Origin: an uncultured Clostridia bacterium
GTDB lineage: Bacteria > Bacillota > Clostridia > Oscillospirales > Ruminococcaceae
Length of the DNA stretch: 32,000 nucleotides
Assembly (NCBI GenBank): GCA_947383835.1
Contig: CANDEV010000018.1
Span: 1 to 32,000 of the forward strand
Direction of reading: 5' to 3'
Shown one piece after another: positions 14,301-23,218 of the stretch; the first letter of the stretch is position 1, and every line of letters begins with the position of its first letter. The position numbers and the translations under genes were made by a program. Below the pieces are notes generated by a model, which saw only the letters and a list, made by a program, of their open reading frames with translations, was not told the origin of the DNA and did no database searches.

Positions 14301-14410
14301 ATAATACTAATTTGCTCCTAAAAGCGTAGATAAAAAATCTGCACAAAAATCACACGCGCAAATTTTTGTTTGATTTTTTATACGCTTTTTAGTCGCAAAT
14401 TAGTATAAAC
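14301..14410. repeat. 110-nt long imperfect palindrome, copy 1 (ends ATACTAATTTGC ... GCAAATTAGTAT).
   Basis: The two arms pair over roughly 42 of 50 positions when folded by hand. Length and architecture match 24588-24697. Confidence 0.75.
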
Positions 14411-14430
14411 ATTGAGAAAATCGCGTATCC

Positions 14431-14516
14431 GCCCCGCCCCCTTGAGGGGGCTTAATAAAGTTAAGAGTTGTAATCATTAACATTGGGGGTGTCTCTCGCA
14501 GCGGGGCGTTCCCCGC
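14431..14516. repeat. GC-rich double-hairpin module, copy 1, adjacent to the palindrome.
   Basis: GCCCCCTTGAGGGGGC (14436-14451) and GCGGGGCGTTCCCCGC (14501-14516). Parallels 24731-24813. Confidence 0.5.
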
Positions 14517-14539
14517 CTCTTGCCGACGTGCGTTTCCCG

Positions 14540-16000
14540 CTACCAAGTAGCAATTATTTTTTCGCCGTTTTTGAAAAGCTCCAGATTGCTCATAAGTCTG
14601 TCAACGTAGGCGGCGGCGCACTTGTATGTTGTCTTGCCGTTGAGTCTGATTATTGCCTTGCGGCTGTCCGAGGGGATAAACTCTATCAAGTCCTCGCCGC
14701 GGCTCGTTGTTATTTTTATGGAAACGGTCGGCTCGGCGTCTGTTTCCTCAAAATAAAGCTCGTCGCTGGGCACTTTCAGCAGGAATTGATACAGGTTCTT
14801 GAACTCGTCCGTATCCGCGTCATTGCCGTCAAGCTTTACCGCGAAATCGTCCGCGCTGCTGCCTGTCATGGTGAAGCTCATGCTTGCTTCGCCGCTGATG
14901 TCAATGGACTGTACATCATAAATATAATTTGATGTGATCATGGTGGTGGTGATGTCAAGCGGCTCGACAGTCAGCCATGGAAGGCTGCTCTCGTCAAAAA
15001 TGTAAATGATCGCCGCGCCGTCGGCATAAACGTAACGACCCAGCTTTTTGCCCTCCTCGTCGAAGCACTCGCTGCCTATAGTTATGCGTATGTTGTCGCC
15101 GCCGTTTATTTCAAACAGCACCTCCGCAGCAGGGGCGGTGATACCGCAGGCTGCAAAGTCCTCCTCATTGGGATTTAAAATGCCGAAATCCGAAGCCGTC
15201 AGCCCGAAAATACCGCTTGTGACCGTCGAGGAAGTCTCGGGGTTAAGCTCGCGGAAAACAGGTGAGGTAATAACATAGCTTGACGAATTTGCTATCATAA
15301 TACTGTCATCGTCAAGGCGGACGTCGTACTCAATAACAAAATCGTAATCAAGGTCGGGACGCTTGATAGTCATTTTGTTTATGCGCGTATAATCGGTAGT
15401 ATCGTTTTCGTCAGCGGCAGACCGCGCTGTGTAGATCACCTTATTCAGGACGTAATACTCGTTTTCCAAAAAGCAGTTCAGCCTTGAATTTAAAATGGTA
15501 TATACCTTTGGATCGCCCTCAGCCATTGCATAGTGCATAGTACCGCTTGGCGTAAGGTTGCCTATAAGCAGCTTTTTCACGGTGTTGCCGCTGTCTGAAA
15601 ATGTTGCTGTGACCGTAGATAAAGGCTTGTCCAAGCCGTAAATGGAGAGGTCCTCCGCGTTTTCAACAACAGTCTGCTGCGCGGTAACGCTTGCCGCGTT
15701 TTCAAGCAGAGTACCCATATTGCCGCTGCTCATGGGCAGATTGGCAAGCTCAACAATAGTCCATACAGCATCGTCGCCGTCACCTGCCCTAACAACCTCA
15801 TATGTGCCGTGTTCGTTGGAAATTTCCAGCTTGGAGATATCGTGAGGATTCTTGTCGTAAACAAGGGACGTCTGAACAGCGCCCTCTGTTTCAGTTTCGG
15901 CTTCCTCCGGGGGAGCGGTGAGCTTGAGCACAATAAGAAGTCCGACCAAAATTACCGCAATAACGCCGAAAATTATAATATGCTTTATATTTTTTTTCAT
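14540..16000 (-). CDS. DUF4340-like membrane-anchored protein, last gene of the ABC/GldG-type cluster.
   Basis: N-terminal TM helix IIIFGVIAVILVGLLIVL. The usual position after a GldG-like gene. The family name is from memory. Confidence 0.75.
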   Translation of the reverse strand: MKKNIKHIIIFGVIAVILVGLLIVLKLTAPPEEAETETEGAVQTSLVYDKNPHDISKLEISNEHGTYEVVRAGDGDDAVWTIVELANLPMSSGNMGTLLENAASVTAQQTVVENAEDLSIYGLDKPLSTVTATFSDSGNTVKKLLIGNLTPSGTMHYAMAEGDPKVYTILNSRLNCFLENEYYVLNKVIYTARSAADENDTTDYTRINKMTIKRPDLDYDFVIEYDVRLDDDSIMIANSSSYVITSPVFRELNPETSSTVTSGIFGLTASDFGILNPNEEDFAACGITAPAAEVLFEINGGDNIRITIGSECFDEEGKKLGRYVYADGAAIIYIFDESSLPWLTVEPLDITTTMITSNYIYDVQSIDISGEASMSFTMTGSSADDFAVKLDGNDADTDEFKNLYQFLLKVPSDELYFEETDAEPTVSIKITTSRGEDLIEFIPSDSRKAIIRLNGKTTYKCAAAYVDRLMSNLELFKNGEKIIATW

Positions 16001-17490
16001 TATTTATGTCTCCTTTTGAGCCATACAGCAATTCCCGCTGCCGCAACCAAAGCGGGGAGCACGAACATGAATATTATCCTAAGCACGTTTGCCTGCGCCG
16101 CGTTAGTCTCATAGGTCGGGCTTGAAAGATCCTTTGCAACGATGTAAAGACCGTTGTCCTTGCCAAAAATTTTGTTGACGATCGACACAAAGTAATCTCC
16201 GTTATTGTAATATGGCATACTTGTGAGAGTGCTGTCAAGAATATAATCACTGCCCAGCACAATAAGATTGGAGTAGGTCTGAACATTGTCTACAAAGGCA
16301 TACTTTCTCGCAAGAGCCATGACAGAGGCTGACTGCTCGGTAATTTCAGGCATTTCGTTTGTATCGGCAATATGCTCCATCATCTCGTTTGTCATGACAA
16401 ACGCTGTCTCGGAGGTGTTCAGCAGGGACATTGCGTCAATATTGCCGAAGTGGTCGAAAAGCACCTCCAACGGACGGGAGTTCGGTACAGCCACAGGACT
16501 TGTAATAGTTTCCTCTGGAATACCCGTTGTATAATCGTTGCTTTCAATATAAGTCTTTATATTGTATGGGCTTGAGGCGGAAACGCGGTTTTGGGCGTTA
16601 TTTTCGGCAATAAGACCGTCGCCGACCTTAATTCCCCATTCTTCCAAAAATGCGTTGATATTTGGGGTTTCATTCTGGCTTATACTTGCTGTATAAATCA
16701 TGTTTTTGCCGTAATTTCCGCCGTTTTCCATAAAATCGTAAAGCTGCGCGATAAGCTCCTCGGAGAAATCATTCAGCGGCGAGTTGATAACAATAAGGTC
16801 GGCGTCCATGGGGATATCCTCCGTGAGAGGATCCACCGTAAGAACGTCAAAGCCGTTCGTTTCAAGCATATCGGTAATGTTTGCCCCGCTCGTGCTCTGG
16901 CTTGTAACATTCAGATAAACCGCCGTTTTGGGGTCGGGGTCTGTAACGTACATAAGAGCCGAGGTAATCACCTGCTCTGCCTTTGAGGAAACGATTGTAG
17001 TGGCATAGTAGTTGTAGTCAAATTCGGTGTTGAAAAGATCGTTCACCGAAACCACTCTTATCCTGTTGGAATCCTTGTTGAAAATAATTATGCTGTAATC
17101 GTTGATACTGCCGCTGTAGTACTGCTTGTACTTTTCAACATAGGTGGGATTCACCGTCATGTCCACGAAATTCACTTCAATTTTGGAGGAATTCTGAGCG
17201 TACTTTTTCAGCACCTCGTATGCCTGACGGTAGTAGATATTCTCGGTAGTCTCAAAGAAAAGCTCGTCCACCGTGGTGCATATCTCAACGTTTTCATTAA
17301 GCTTTGCAAGATAGTCGGTGGTATCTTCGCTTATTTCAAAGTTGTTGTTTGGGGTAAGGTCGAACTTCATGTCATAACGCTCCCCTAAAGAGGAAACGAT
17401 AACGTTCAGCAGCACTACCATTACAATTACGATAACGGTTATGACAGTAGCGACTGTGCCGTATTTAAGCTTTTTTGTATTTATCTTCAT
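16000..17490 (-). CDS. GldG-like auxiliary component of an ABC-type transport system.
   Basis: TM helices at both the N and C termini and a large extracytoplasmic domain. Follows the ABC-2 permease. Start moved to ATG 17490 behind GGAGGTG. Confidence 0.75.
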   Translation of the reverse strand: MKINTKKLKYGTVATVITVIVIVMVVLLNVIVSSLGERYDMKFDLTPNNNFEISEDTTDYLAKLNENVEICTTVDELFFETTENIYYRQAYEVLKKYAQNSSKIEVNFVDMTVNPTYVEKYKQYYSGSINDYSIIIFNKDSNRIRVVSVNDLFNTEFDYNYYATTIVSSKAEQVITSALMYVTDPDPKTAVYLNVTSQSTSGANITDMLETNGFDVLTVDPLTEDIPMDADLIVINSPLNDFSEELIAQLYDFMENGGNYGKNMIYTASISQNETPNINAFLEEWGIKVGDGLIAENNAQNRVSASSPYNIKTYIESNDYTTGIPEETITSPVAVPNSRPLEVLFDHFGNIDAMSLLNTSETAFVMTNEMMEHIADTNEMPEITEQSASVMALARKYAFVDNVQTYSNLIVLGSDYILDSTLTSMPYYNNGDYFVSIVNKIFGKDNGLYIVAKDLSSPTYETNAAQANVLRIIFMFVLPALVAAAGIAVWLKRRHK

Positions 17491-17507
17491 TTCCAAGCAC
17501 CTCCGAA

Positions 17508-18215
17508 TCAAGACCAGCGGCGCTTTTCAAGTGCGCGTACGGTTAAAAAGTTGAATATGAAAATTGCGCTGAGGAAGAAAATAAGGCTGGGGATACTGAA
17601 TATTCCCGTGGAAAATTCATAGTATCTTGTGTAGAAGCCCAAGGAGGACATTACCGTTTTGAGCCATTCCACCTGAATGTTCCCCGCGAAAACGTCTATC
17701 ATATAGAAAAGCATGATGATGATAAAGCTGACAATTGCCGCAACGACCTGATTTTCCGTCATTGCGGAAACAAAAATGCCTATTGAGATAAAGCTTGCGC
17801 CCAAAAGCAGGAGAGCGACAAAGTTGCCGATGACCGTCGCCCACGCAACGGAGCCTGCCAAAGCAACAAGAGTTATAACGTACAGAACGTAGATTGCCAT
17901 AGCGCAAAGGAATATGCACACCGCCGCAAAAAATTTTCCCATAACAATAGAAAAAAGATTTACGGGAGCGGTCAAAAGACATTGGTCGGTTTTCTGCCGC
18001 TTTTCCTCGGTAAAAAGCCTCATGGTCAGAAGCGGCAGCAGTATCATAATGATAGTGAACGCGCTTGTGAACGAGGTGGACATATCGGTCGTGCCGTAAT
18101 AAAGGTTATAGCTGGCAAAAAATGTGGATGTATAAATGTAAAAAACTGCAATAAAAATATATGCGATAGGGGAGGTGAAATAAGCCTTCAGCTCCCGTCT
18201 GAAAATTGCGCCCAT
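17508..18215 (-). CDS. ABC-2 family permease (GldF-like).
   Basis: About 6 hydrophobic segments. N-terminal FRRELKAYFTSPIAYIF is typical of the family. Confidence 0.85.
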   Translation of the reverse strand: MGAIFRRELKAYFTSPIAYIFIAVFYIYTSTFFASYNLYYGTTDMSTSFTSAFTIIMILLPLLTMRLFTEEKRQKTDQCLLTAPVNLFSIVMGKFFAAVCIFLCAMAIYVLYVITLVALAGSVAWATVIGNFVALLLLGASFISIGIFVSAMTENQVVAAIVSFIIIMLFYMIDVFAGNIQVEWLKTVMSSLGFYTRYYEFSTGIFSIPSLIFFLSAIFIFNFLTVRALEKRRWS

Positions 18216-19282
18216 TATTCGTTATCCTCCTTAGACTCATCTTTTTCCGCAGTCTCCGTGACCTCGTCCCCGTCGGCTGTATCTTCTTTGTCAGAGGAAG
18301 CCGCTTCATCGGTTTTTGCGTCGGCTGCTTTTTTCGTTTTAATAACAACGTTGTCTCCCATTGTAATTTTAAGGAAGATGTCTTCAAGAGTCATTTCTGA
18401 GGTCTTAAGCCCCAGTATTACCCAGTTTCTCGCCGCAACTCTCTTGAAAAGCTCGCGGCGGATATCAACGTCCTCTCTGGACTCTATCTCATAATCAAAA
18501 ATTCCCTTTTCACGCTCCATGTCCGCAACAACACTTATTACTCCGTTGATGCCCTTTATCATCTTGAGGACTTCCTCACGGGGACCGTCTATCCTTGCGA
18601 TTATCTTGTGGTCGGTGGAGATGTTTTTTGTGAGGTTTTCAGTAGTGTCGTCTGCGGCAATTTTTCCGCCGTTGATAATGATTATCCTGTCGCATACCGC
18701 CTGTATCTCAGGCAGAATGTGGGAGGACAGAATTACCGTGTGCTTCTTTCCAAGCTTTTTGATAAGAGTGCGTATCTCAATTATCTGCTTAGGGTCGAGA
18801 CCGACGGTAGGCTCGTCCAGAATAAGGATAGGAGGGTTGCCTATAAGCGCCTGTGCAAGTCCCACACGCTGCTTGTAGCCCTTTGAAAGATTGCGGATTA
18901 TGCGGTTATAAACATCGTTTATCATGACAAGGCTGCAAACGTCCTCCAAATGGGACTTTCTCGGCAGCTTGCACTTTTTAAGATCGTATATGAAATTGAG
19001 GTAATCCTTGACGGTCATGTCGAGATAAAGCGGCGGGATCTCGGGCAGATAGCCTATGTTTTTCTTTGCCGCGATAGGGTCGTCAAGAATATCAATACCG
19101 TTTATAAGGGCTTTTCCCGATGTCGAGGAGATATACCCCGTCAGCATATTCATCGTTGTGGATTTACCTGCGCCGTTCGGTCCCAAAAAGCCTAATATCT
19201 CCCCGTCCTGAATAGTAAAGGAAAGATCGTCAACAGCTTTTTTTGATCCGTACTGCTTGGTAAGGTTCTGAACTTCTATCAT
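18215..19282 (-). CDS. ABC transporter ATP-binding protein with an acidic C-terminal tail.
   Basis: Walker A GPNGAGKST, signature LSKGYKQRV, Walker B ILILDEPT. Start moved to ATG 19282 behind AAAGGTGG. Confidence 0.9.
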   Translation of the reverse strand: MIEVQNLTKQYGSKKAVDDLSFTIQDGEILGFLGPNGAGKSTTMNMLTGYISSTSGKALINGIDILDDPIAAKKNIGYLPEIPPLYLDMTVKDYLNFIYDLKKCKLPRKSHLEDVCSLVMINDVYNRIIRNLSKGYKQRVGLAQALIGNPPILILDEPTVGLDPKQIIEIRTLIKKLGKKHTVILSSHILPEIQAVCDRIIIINGGKIAADDTTENLTKNISTDHKIIARIDGPREEVLKMIKGINGVISVVADMEREKGIFDYEIESREDVDIRRELFKRVAARNWVILGLKTSEMTLEDIFLKITMGDNVVIKTKKAADAKTDEAASSDKEDTADGDEVTETAEKDESKEDNE

Positions 19283-19393
19283 GTAATAAACCACCTTTTC
19301 GGATTTAAAAATTTTACCGTACCATATTTTATCAGTTTAATGTGTACATCATGTGATAAAGCAATAAAATTGCTGTAATTAAAATAACCGCAA

Positions 19394-20854
19394 TTAAGAA
19401 AGCTGCTCCAAAGCCTTTTTGATACGTGCGGCAGAGTCTGTTTTTCCCAAAATCGCCGCAAGCTCGATACCTCCGCCGGGAGTCATAGCCTTGCCCGAAA
19501 GCGCGGCGCGCATTGGGAGCAGTATCCAGCCGTTCTTAACGCCAAGCCTTTCTATCTCAGCAAAAACAGCGGCGTGAATATTTTCCTCCGTCCAATCGGA
19601 CTCGTTGATTCCTTCCAGTATGGGCAGCACAGCCTGAAGCGCGGGAAGAGCTGTCTCCGCATTGGTTTTCATCTTCTTGTTGAAGAACAGATCGTTGCTG
19701 TACTCGCGAAGCTCGTCGATAAAGTCCACCTTTTCGGGAATGTCCGAGAGCAACTCGGTACGTGGCTGCAATACCTTTACAAGCACATCAAGGTCTATGT
19801 CCTCACGCTTGCAGGTCTGCCTGATATAGGGGAGAGCAAGCTCCTTAAATTCTTCATGGGAAATTCTGCGGAGCCATTCCGCGTTTATCGCCGTCATTTT
19901 TACAGGGTCGAAAATTGCGGGGGACTTGGAAATTCCGCTGATGTCAAACTCCTCTACAAGCTCGTCGAGAGAGAAAATTTCCTGCTCGCCCTTGGGCGCC
20001 CAGCCTAAAAGCACGATATAGTTCAGTATGGCGGGAATGTAGTATCCCTTTTCAACAAATTCGCCGAAATATGCGTCTCCGTCACGCTTTGAAAGCTTGT
20101 GTGTCGCATCCCTCATGATATGATTAACATGGATATATGTGGGAATTTCCCAGCCGAAAGCCTCGTACAGAAGATTGTACTTAGCCGCGGAGGAAAGATA
20201 CTCGTTGCCGCGGACAACGTGAGTAATTCCCATTAAATGGTCGTCCACAACATTTGCGAAATTGTATGTGGGCATACCGTCCGCCTTGAGCAAGATCTGG
20301 TCGTCAAGGTCGGCGTTCGGTACGGTTATGTCGCCGTAAAGCTCGTCGTGGAAAGTAGTAGTACCCTCCAAAGGCACTTTCTGACGGATAACATAAGGCG
20401 TACCCTCGGCAAGAAGCCTGTCCACCTCGTCCTTAGGCAGGTCGCGGCAGTGACGGTCGTATGTTGGCGTAATGCCCTTAGCCTGCTGCTCCTCGTGGAC
20501 TTTGTCCATGCGCTCCTTTGTGCAGAAGCAGTAGTATGCGTGACTCGTCTCCACAAGCTTTTCGGCGTACTCCTTGAAGATACCCATGCGCTCTGACTGA
20601 ACGTAGGGACCAACGGGACCGCCTATGTCGGGACCCTCGTCCCAGTTAAGCCCGCAGGAACGGAGCGTGTCATAAATGACCTCCGTCGCGCCCTCAACGT
20701 AACGACCCTGATCGGTGTCCTCAATGCGGAGAATAAACTTTCCGCCGTATTTTTTCGCAATAATATAGGTGTACAGCGCAGTCCTCAGGTTGCCTATGTG
20801 CATAAATCCCGTGGGACTGGGCGCAAACCGTGTTCTGATATTTTCCGTGTTCAT
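19394..20854 (-). CDS. gltX: Glutamate--tRNA ligase.
   Basis: RFAPSPTGFMHIGNLRTALY (HIGH motif) and KLSKR (KMSKS motif). Start moved to ATG 20854 behind AGGAGGA; the longer ORF only reads through a repeat. Confidence 0.92.
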   Translation of the reverse strand: MNTENIRTRFAPSPTGFMHIGNLRTALYTYIIAKKYGGKFILRIEDTDQGRYVEGATEVIYDTLRSCGLNWDEGPDIGGPVGPYVQSERMGIFKEYAEKLVETSHAYYCFCTKERMDKVHEEQQAKGITPTYDRHCRDLPKDEVDRLLAEGTPYVIRQKVPLEGTTTFHDELYGDITVPNADLDDQILLKADGMPTYNFANVVDDHLMGITHVVRGNEYLSSAAKYNLLYEAFGWEIPTYIHVNHIMRDATHKLSKRDGDAYFGEFVEKGYYIPAILNYIVLLGWAPKGEQEIFSLDELVEEFDISGISKSPAIFDPVKMTAINAEWLRRISHEEFKELALPYIRQTCKREDIDLDVLVKVLQPRTELLSDIPEKVDFIDELREYSNDLFFNKKMKTNAETALPALQAVLPILEGINESDWTEENIHAAVFAEIERLGVKNGWILLPMRAALSGKAMTPGGGIELAAILGKTDSAARIKKALEQLS

Positions 20855-20912
20855 TTTAAGTCCTCCTAATTTTATACTATTGCAATCCAACAATAAATGA
20901 AATGCATATTTT

Positions 20913-20986
20913 TGTAGGGCGGGGGCTCTGCTCCCGCCTTTTAACAGAACCGTTTCCATTAGGCGGGAGCAAGCCCCCGCCCTACA
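20913..20986. repeat. GC-rich inverted hairpin pair (REP-like).
   Basis: TGTAGGGCGGGGGCTCTGCTCCCGCC (20913-20938) and GGCGGGAGCAAGCCCCCGCCCTACA (20962-20986), with a 23-nt spacer. Confidence 0.7.
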
Positions 20987-21001
20987 GAGTTTGGTATCGT
21001 T

Positions 21002-21259
21002 TTATTTAATTGCTATAGTATTATGTGCGGTAATAATTGTATAGCTGTGGGAGTTGACGGTTATTTTTACGCCGTCTTTTTCACAGTACCAATTCTTGCC
21101 GTTTTTGTAAATGCCGCAATTTCTATCAAGTATTATTTTTCTGCAAACCTCCACAGGGTCGGCGTTTTCAAGACCGAGGTTTTTTATTATCCTTTCCGCG
21201 CCCATTTCGGTGGTATGCAGCCTGTCGATATTTTGCAGCAGCAAATTTTTATCTTCCAT
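21002..21259 (-). CDS. DUF3781-like small protein.
   Basis: HTTEMGAERIIKNL ... GKNWYC ... TVNSHSYTIITAH matches the DUF3781 pattern (from memory). Confidence 0.6.
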   Translation of the reverse strand: MEDKNLLLQNIDRLHTTEMGAERIIKNLGLENADPVEVCRKIILDRNCGIYKNGKNWYCEKDGVKITVNSHSYTIITAHNTIAIK

Positions 21260-21261
21260 AA

Positions 21262-22221
21262 TTAATTTTCCGCGCATTGGTCTCTCACGCTTTTGTACTT
21301 TATGTCGGGAATATCCAAAACAGCCTGTGTGTCACGAGCTATCTGTTCTTTAAGCCCGGCAACGTCTGAAAATTTCATCTCGGGACGTATAAAGCTTATA
21401 AGGGAAATTTTAGCGGTCTCCCCGTAAAGGTCGCTTCCGTCAAAGCCGATTATGTATGTCTCCGCAAGAGGAGCGTCGCTGCCGACAGTAGGCTTTATCC
21501 CAATGTTGGTAACGCTTTTGTAAATCTTGCCCAGCACCTCTGTTTTGGAAGCGTACACGCCGAATTTCGGCATGACCTGCCGCTTCGGGAGGTATTGATT
21601 TATGGTGGGGAAATTAAGCGTTCTGCCAAGCTGTCTGCCGTAGGCTATCGGTAGCTTCATAGTAAAATGGCTGCCTAAAAGCAGATTTGCCGTCTCAATT
21701 TCTCCGCCTCGTATAAGCTCGCGTATCATGGTTGAGGAAATTCGCACTCCCTGACGTTCGCGGACGGGCGGAACAACATACAGCCTAATGCCGTGCTTTC
21801 GGCAAAGCTTGTCAAGCTCCTCAACGCCGCATTTCGCCTGCTTGCCGAAGCGGAAGTCCTCGCCGCAGGTCACGAATTTCGCGCTAAGCTTGTCACAGAG
21901 AACAAGCTCAACAAATTCCTCACCGGTAAGATCCTTGAAATTCATAAAATCCGGGGAATAAATGTACCTTACACCAAGATTTTCGATAAGCTCGAATTTC
22001 ATTTCACGGGACAAAATGCACTCCACACCGCCGTTTCCCTTTGAAGTGACGCTCTGTGTGTCAAAGGTAAAAACGGCAGGCTCTATCCCGGGATTATTTT
22101 CCGCAATATCCGTAGCATATCTTATAACCGTTTTGTGACCGTAGTGCAGTCCGTCAAAAAGTCCCATTGCAACTGCGGTGCTGCTTTTCGGCACGTCGTT
22201 TGTTCCGGTCAGATCAACCAT
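21262..22221 (-). CDS. ribF: Bifunctional riboflavin kinase / FMN adenylyltransferase.
   Basis: GLFDGLHYGHKTVI nucleotidyltransferase motif and GRQLGRTLNFPTINQ kinase motif. Start moved to ATG 22221 behind AGGAAAGGAAG. Confidence 0.9.
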   Translation of the reverse strand: MVDLTGTNDVPKSSTAVAMGLFDGLHYGHKTVIRYATDIAENNPGIEPAVFTFDTQSVTSKGNGGVECILSREMKFELIENLGVRYIYSPDFMNFKDLTGEEFVELVLCDKLSAKFVTCGEDFRFGKQAKCGVEELDKLCRKHGIRLYVVPPVRERQGVRISSTMIRELIRGGEIETANLLLGSHFTMKLPIAYGRQLGRTLNFPTINQYLPKRQVMPKFGVYASKTEVLGKIYKSVTNIGIKPTVGSDAPLAETYIIGFDGSDLYGETAKISLISFIRPEMKFSDVAGLKEQIARDTQAVLDIPDIKYKSVRDQCAEN

Positions 22222-22303
22222 TTCCGCGCTTCCTTTCCTATCAGAGATTAGAGTTTTTGAGGCAAGAGGCAAGAAGTTTTCCGCTTTCAGCAGAATTATT
22301 TCG

Positions 22304-23218
22304 TTATTGACAGAAGTTTTTGTGTACTCTTAAAATGCCGTTTTCACGGTCGGGGAGGGCAGTGCCTATAAAACCGCTTTCGCCGTATACCTTGATTGGA
22401 GAACCCTCTCCCGATATTTTTATTTTTTCAAGAGAAAGTTTAACGCCGTTTCGGTACATTCTCTCCTGCACAGGGGAGAGCCGAACCGAGGGGAGTCCCT
22501 CAAAAACGCTTTCAATTGGTCTTGATGCAGATGAAAAATCTCCGTCTCCGTTTGCAATAGCCTGCAATTGCTCCAAGGTCACGCAGTCCGCAAGGGTAAA
22601 GCCGCAAGCCGCAGTCCGCACAAGAGAAGTCATAATGCCGCCGCAGCCCAAAGCCTCGCCTATATCATTGATAAGCGTCCTGATATAAGTACCCTTTGAG
22701 CAGGATATTTTTAAAGTGCCGCTTTGTGCGGACTCGTCAAATTCTGTAATTTCAAGGCAGTAAACCGTTATCGGGCGCGCCTCCCGTTCAACCTCTATAC
22801 CCTTTCGTGCAAGGTCGTAAAGCCGCTTTCCGCCCACCGATACCGCCGAGTACATAGGCGGTACCTGCATGATCTCTCCGCGAAAGCTTTCAAGCGTATT
22901 TTTTATCTGCTCCGACGTAACGTTTGCGGGACGCTCTTTTGTGACCGTTCCGGTAACGTCCTGAGTGTCAGTGGTAATTCCAAGGCGGAAACCCGCCTCA
23001 TATGTCTTGTCGTGGTCGGGAAGTATGTCGCAGGCTTTTGTGGCGCGTCCAGCAAAAACGGGAAGGACTCCCGTCGCCATTGGGTCGAGAGTACCCGCGT
23101 GACCCAAACGCTTCATTTTAAGTATGCCTCTCATTTTGGCAATTACATCAAAGCTTGTGAAGCCCTGCGGCTTGTTTACACAGATTATCCCGCAAAGCTC
23201 GTTATTTACGCCAGCCAT
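22304..23218 (-). CDS. truB: tRNA pseudouridine(55) synthase.
   Basis: GIICVNKPQGFTSFDVIAKMR ... GHAGTLDPMATGVLPV catalytic Asp motif. Confidence 0.92.
   Translation of the reverse strand: MAGVNNELCGIICVNKPQGFTSFDVIAKMRGILKMKRLGHAGTLDPMATGVLPVFAGRATKACDILPDHDKTYEAGFRLGITTDTQDVTGTVTKERPANVTSEQIKNTLESFRGEIMQVPPMYSAVSVGGKRLYDLARKGIEVEREARPITVYCLEITEFDESAQSGTLKISCSKGTYIRTLINDIGEALGCGGIMTSLVRTAACGFTLADCVTLEQLQAIANGDGDFSSASRPIESVFEGLPSVRLSPVQERMYRNGVKLSLEKIKISGEGSPIKVYGESGFIGTALPDRENGILRVHKNFCQ

Noticed and set aside
17617-18387. Alternative-frame minus ORFs (121 and 93 aa) within the ABC permease and ATPase genes.
   Set aside because: They lie in the wrong frame of genes with clear family motifs and have Arg/Cys-rich composition.
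20855-20959. 35-codon N-terminal extension of the gltX ORF (METVLLKGGSRAPALQ…).
   Set aside because: The extension is a read-through of the GC-rich palindromic repeat. The internal ATG 20854 has a strong AGGAGGA ribosome-binding site and gives the canonical GltX N-terminus.
20855-21001. T-box or other riboswitch leader upstream of gltX, and an FMN riboswitch near ribF.
   Set aside because: The gltX leader is too short and is occupied by the REP-like palindrome, with no specifier or T-box features seen. ribF is operon-internal and has no leader.
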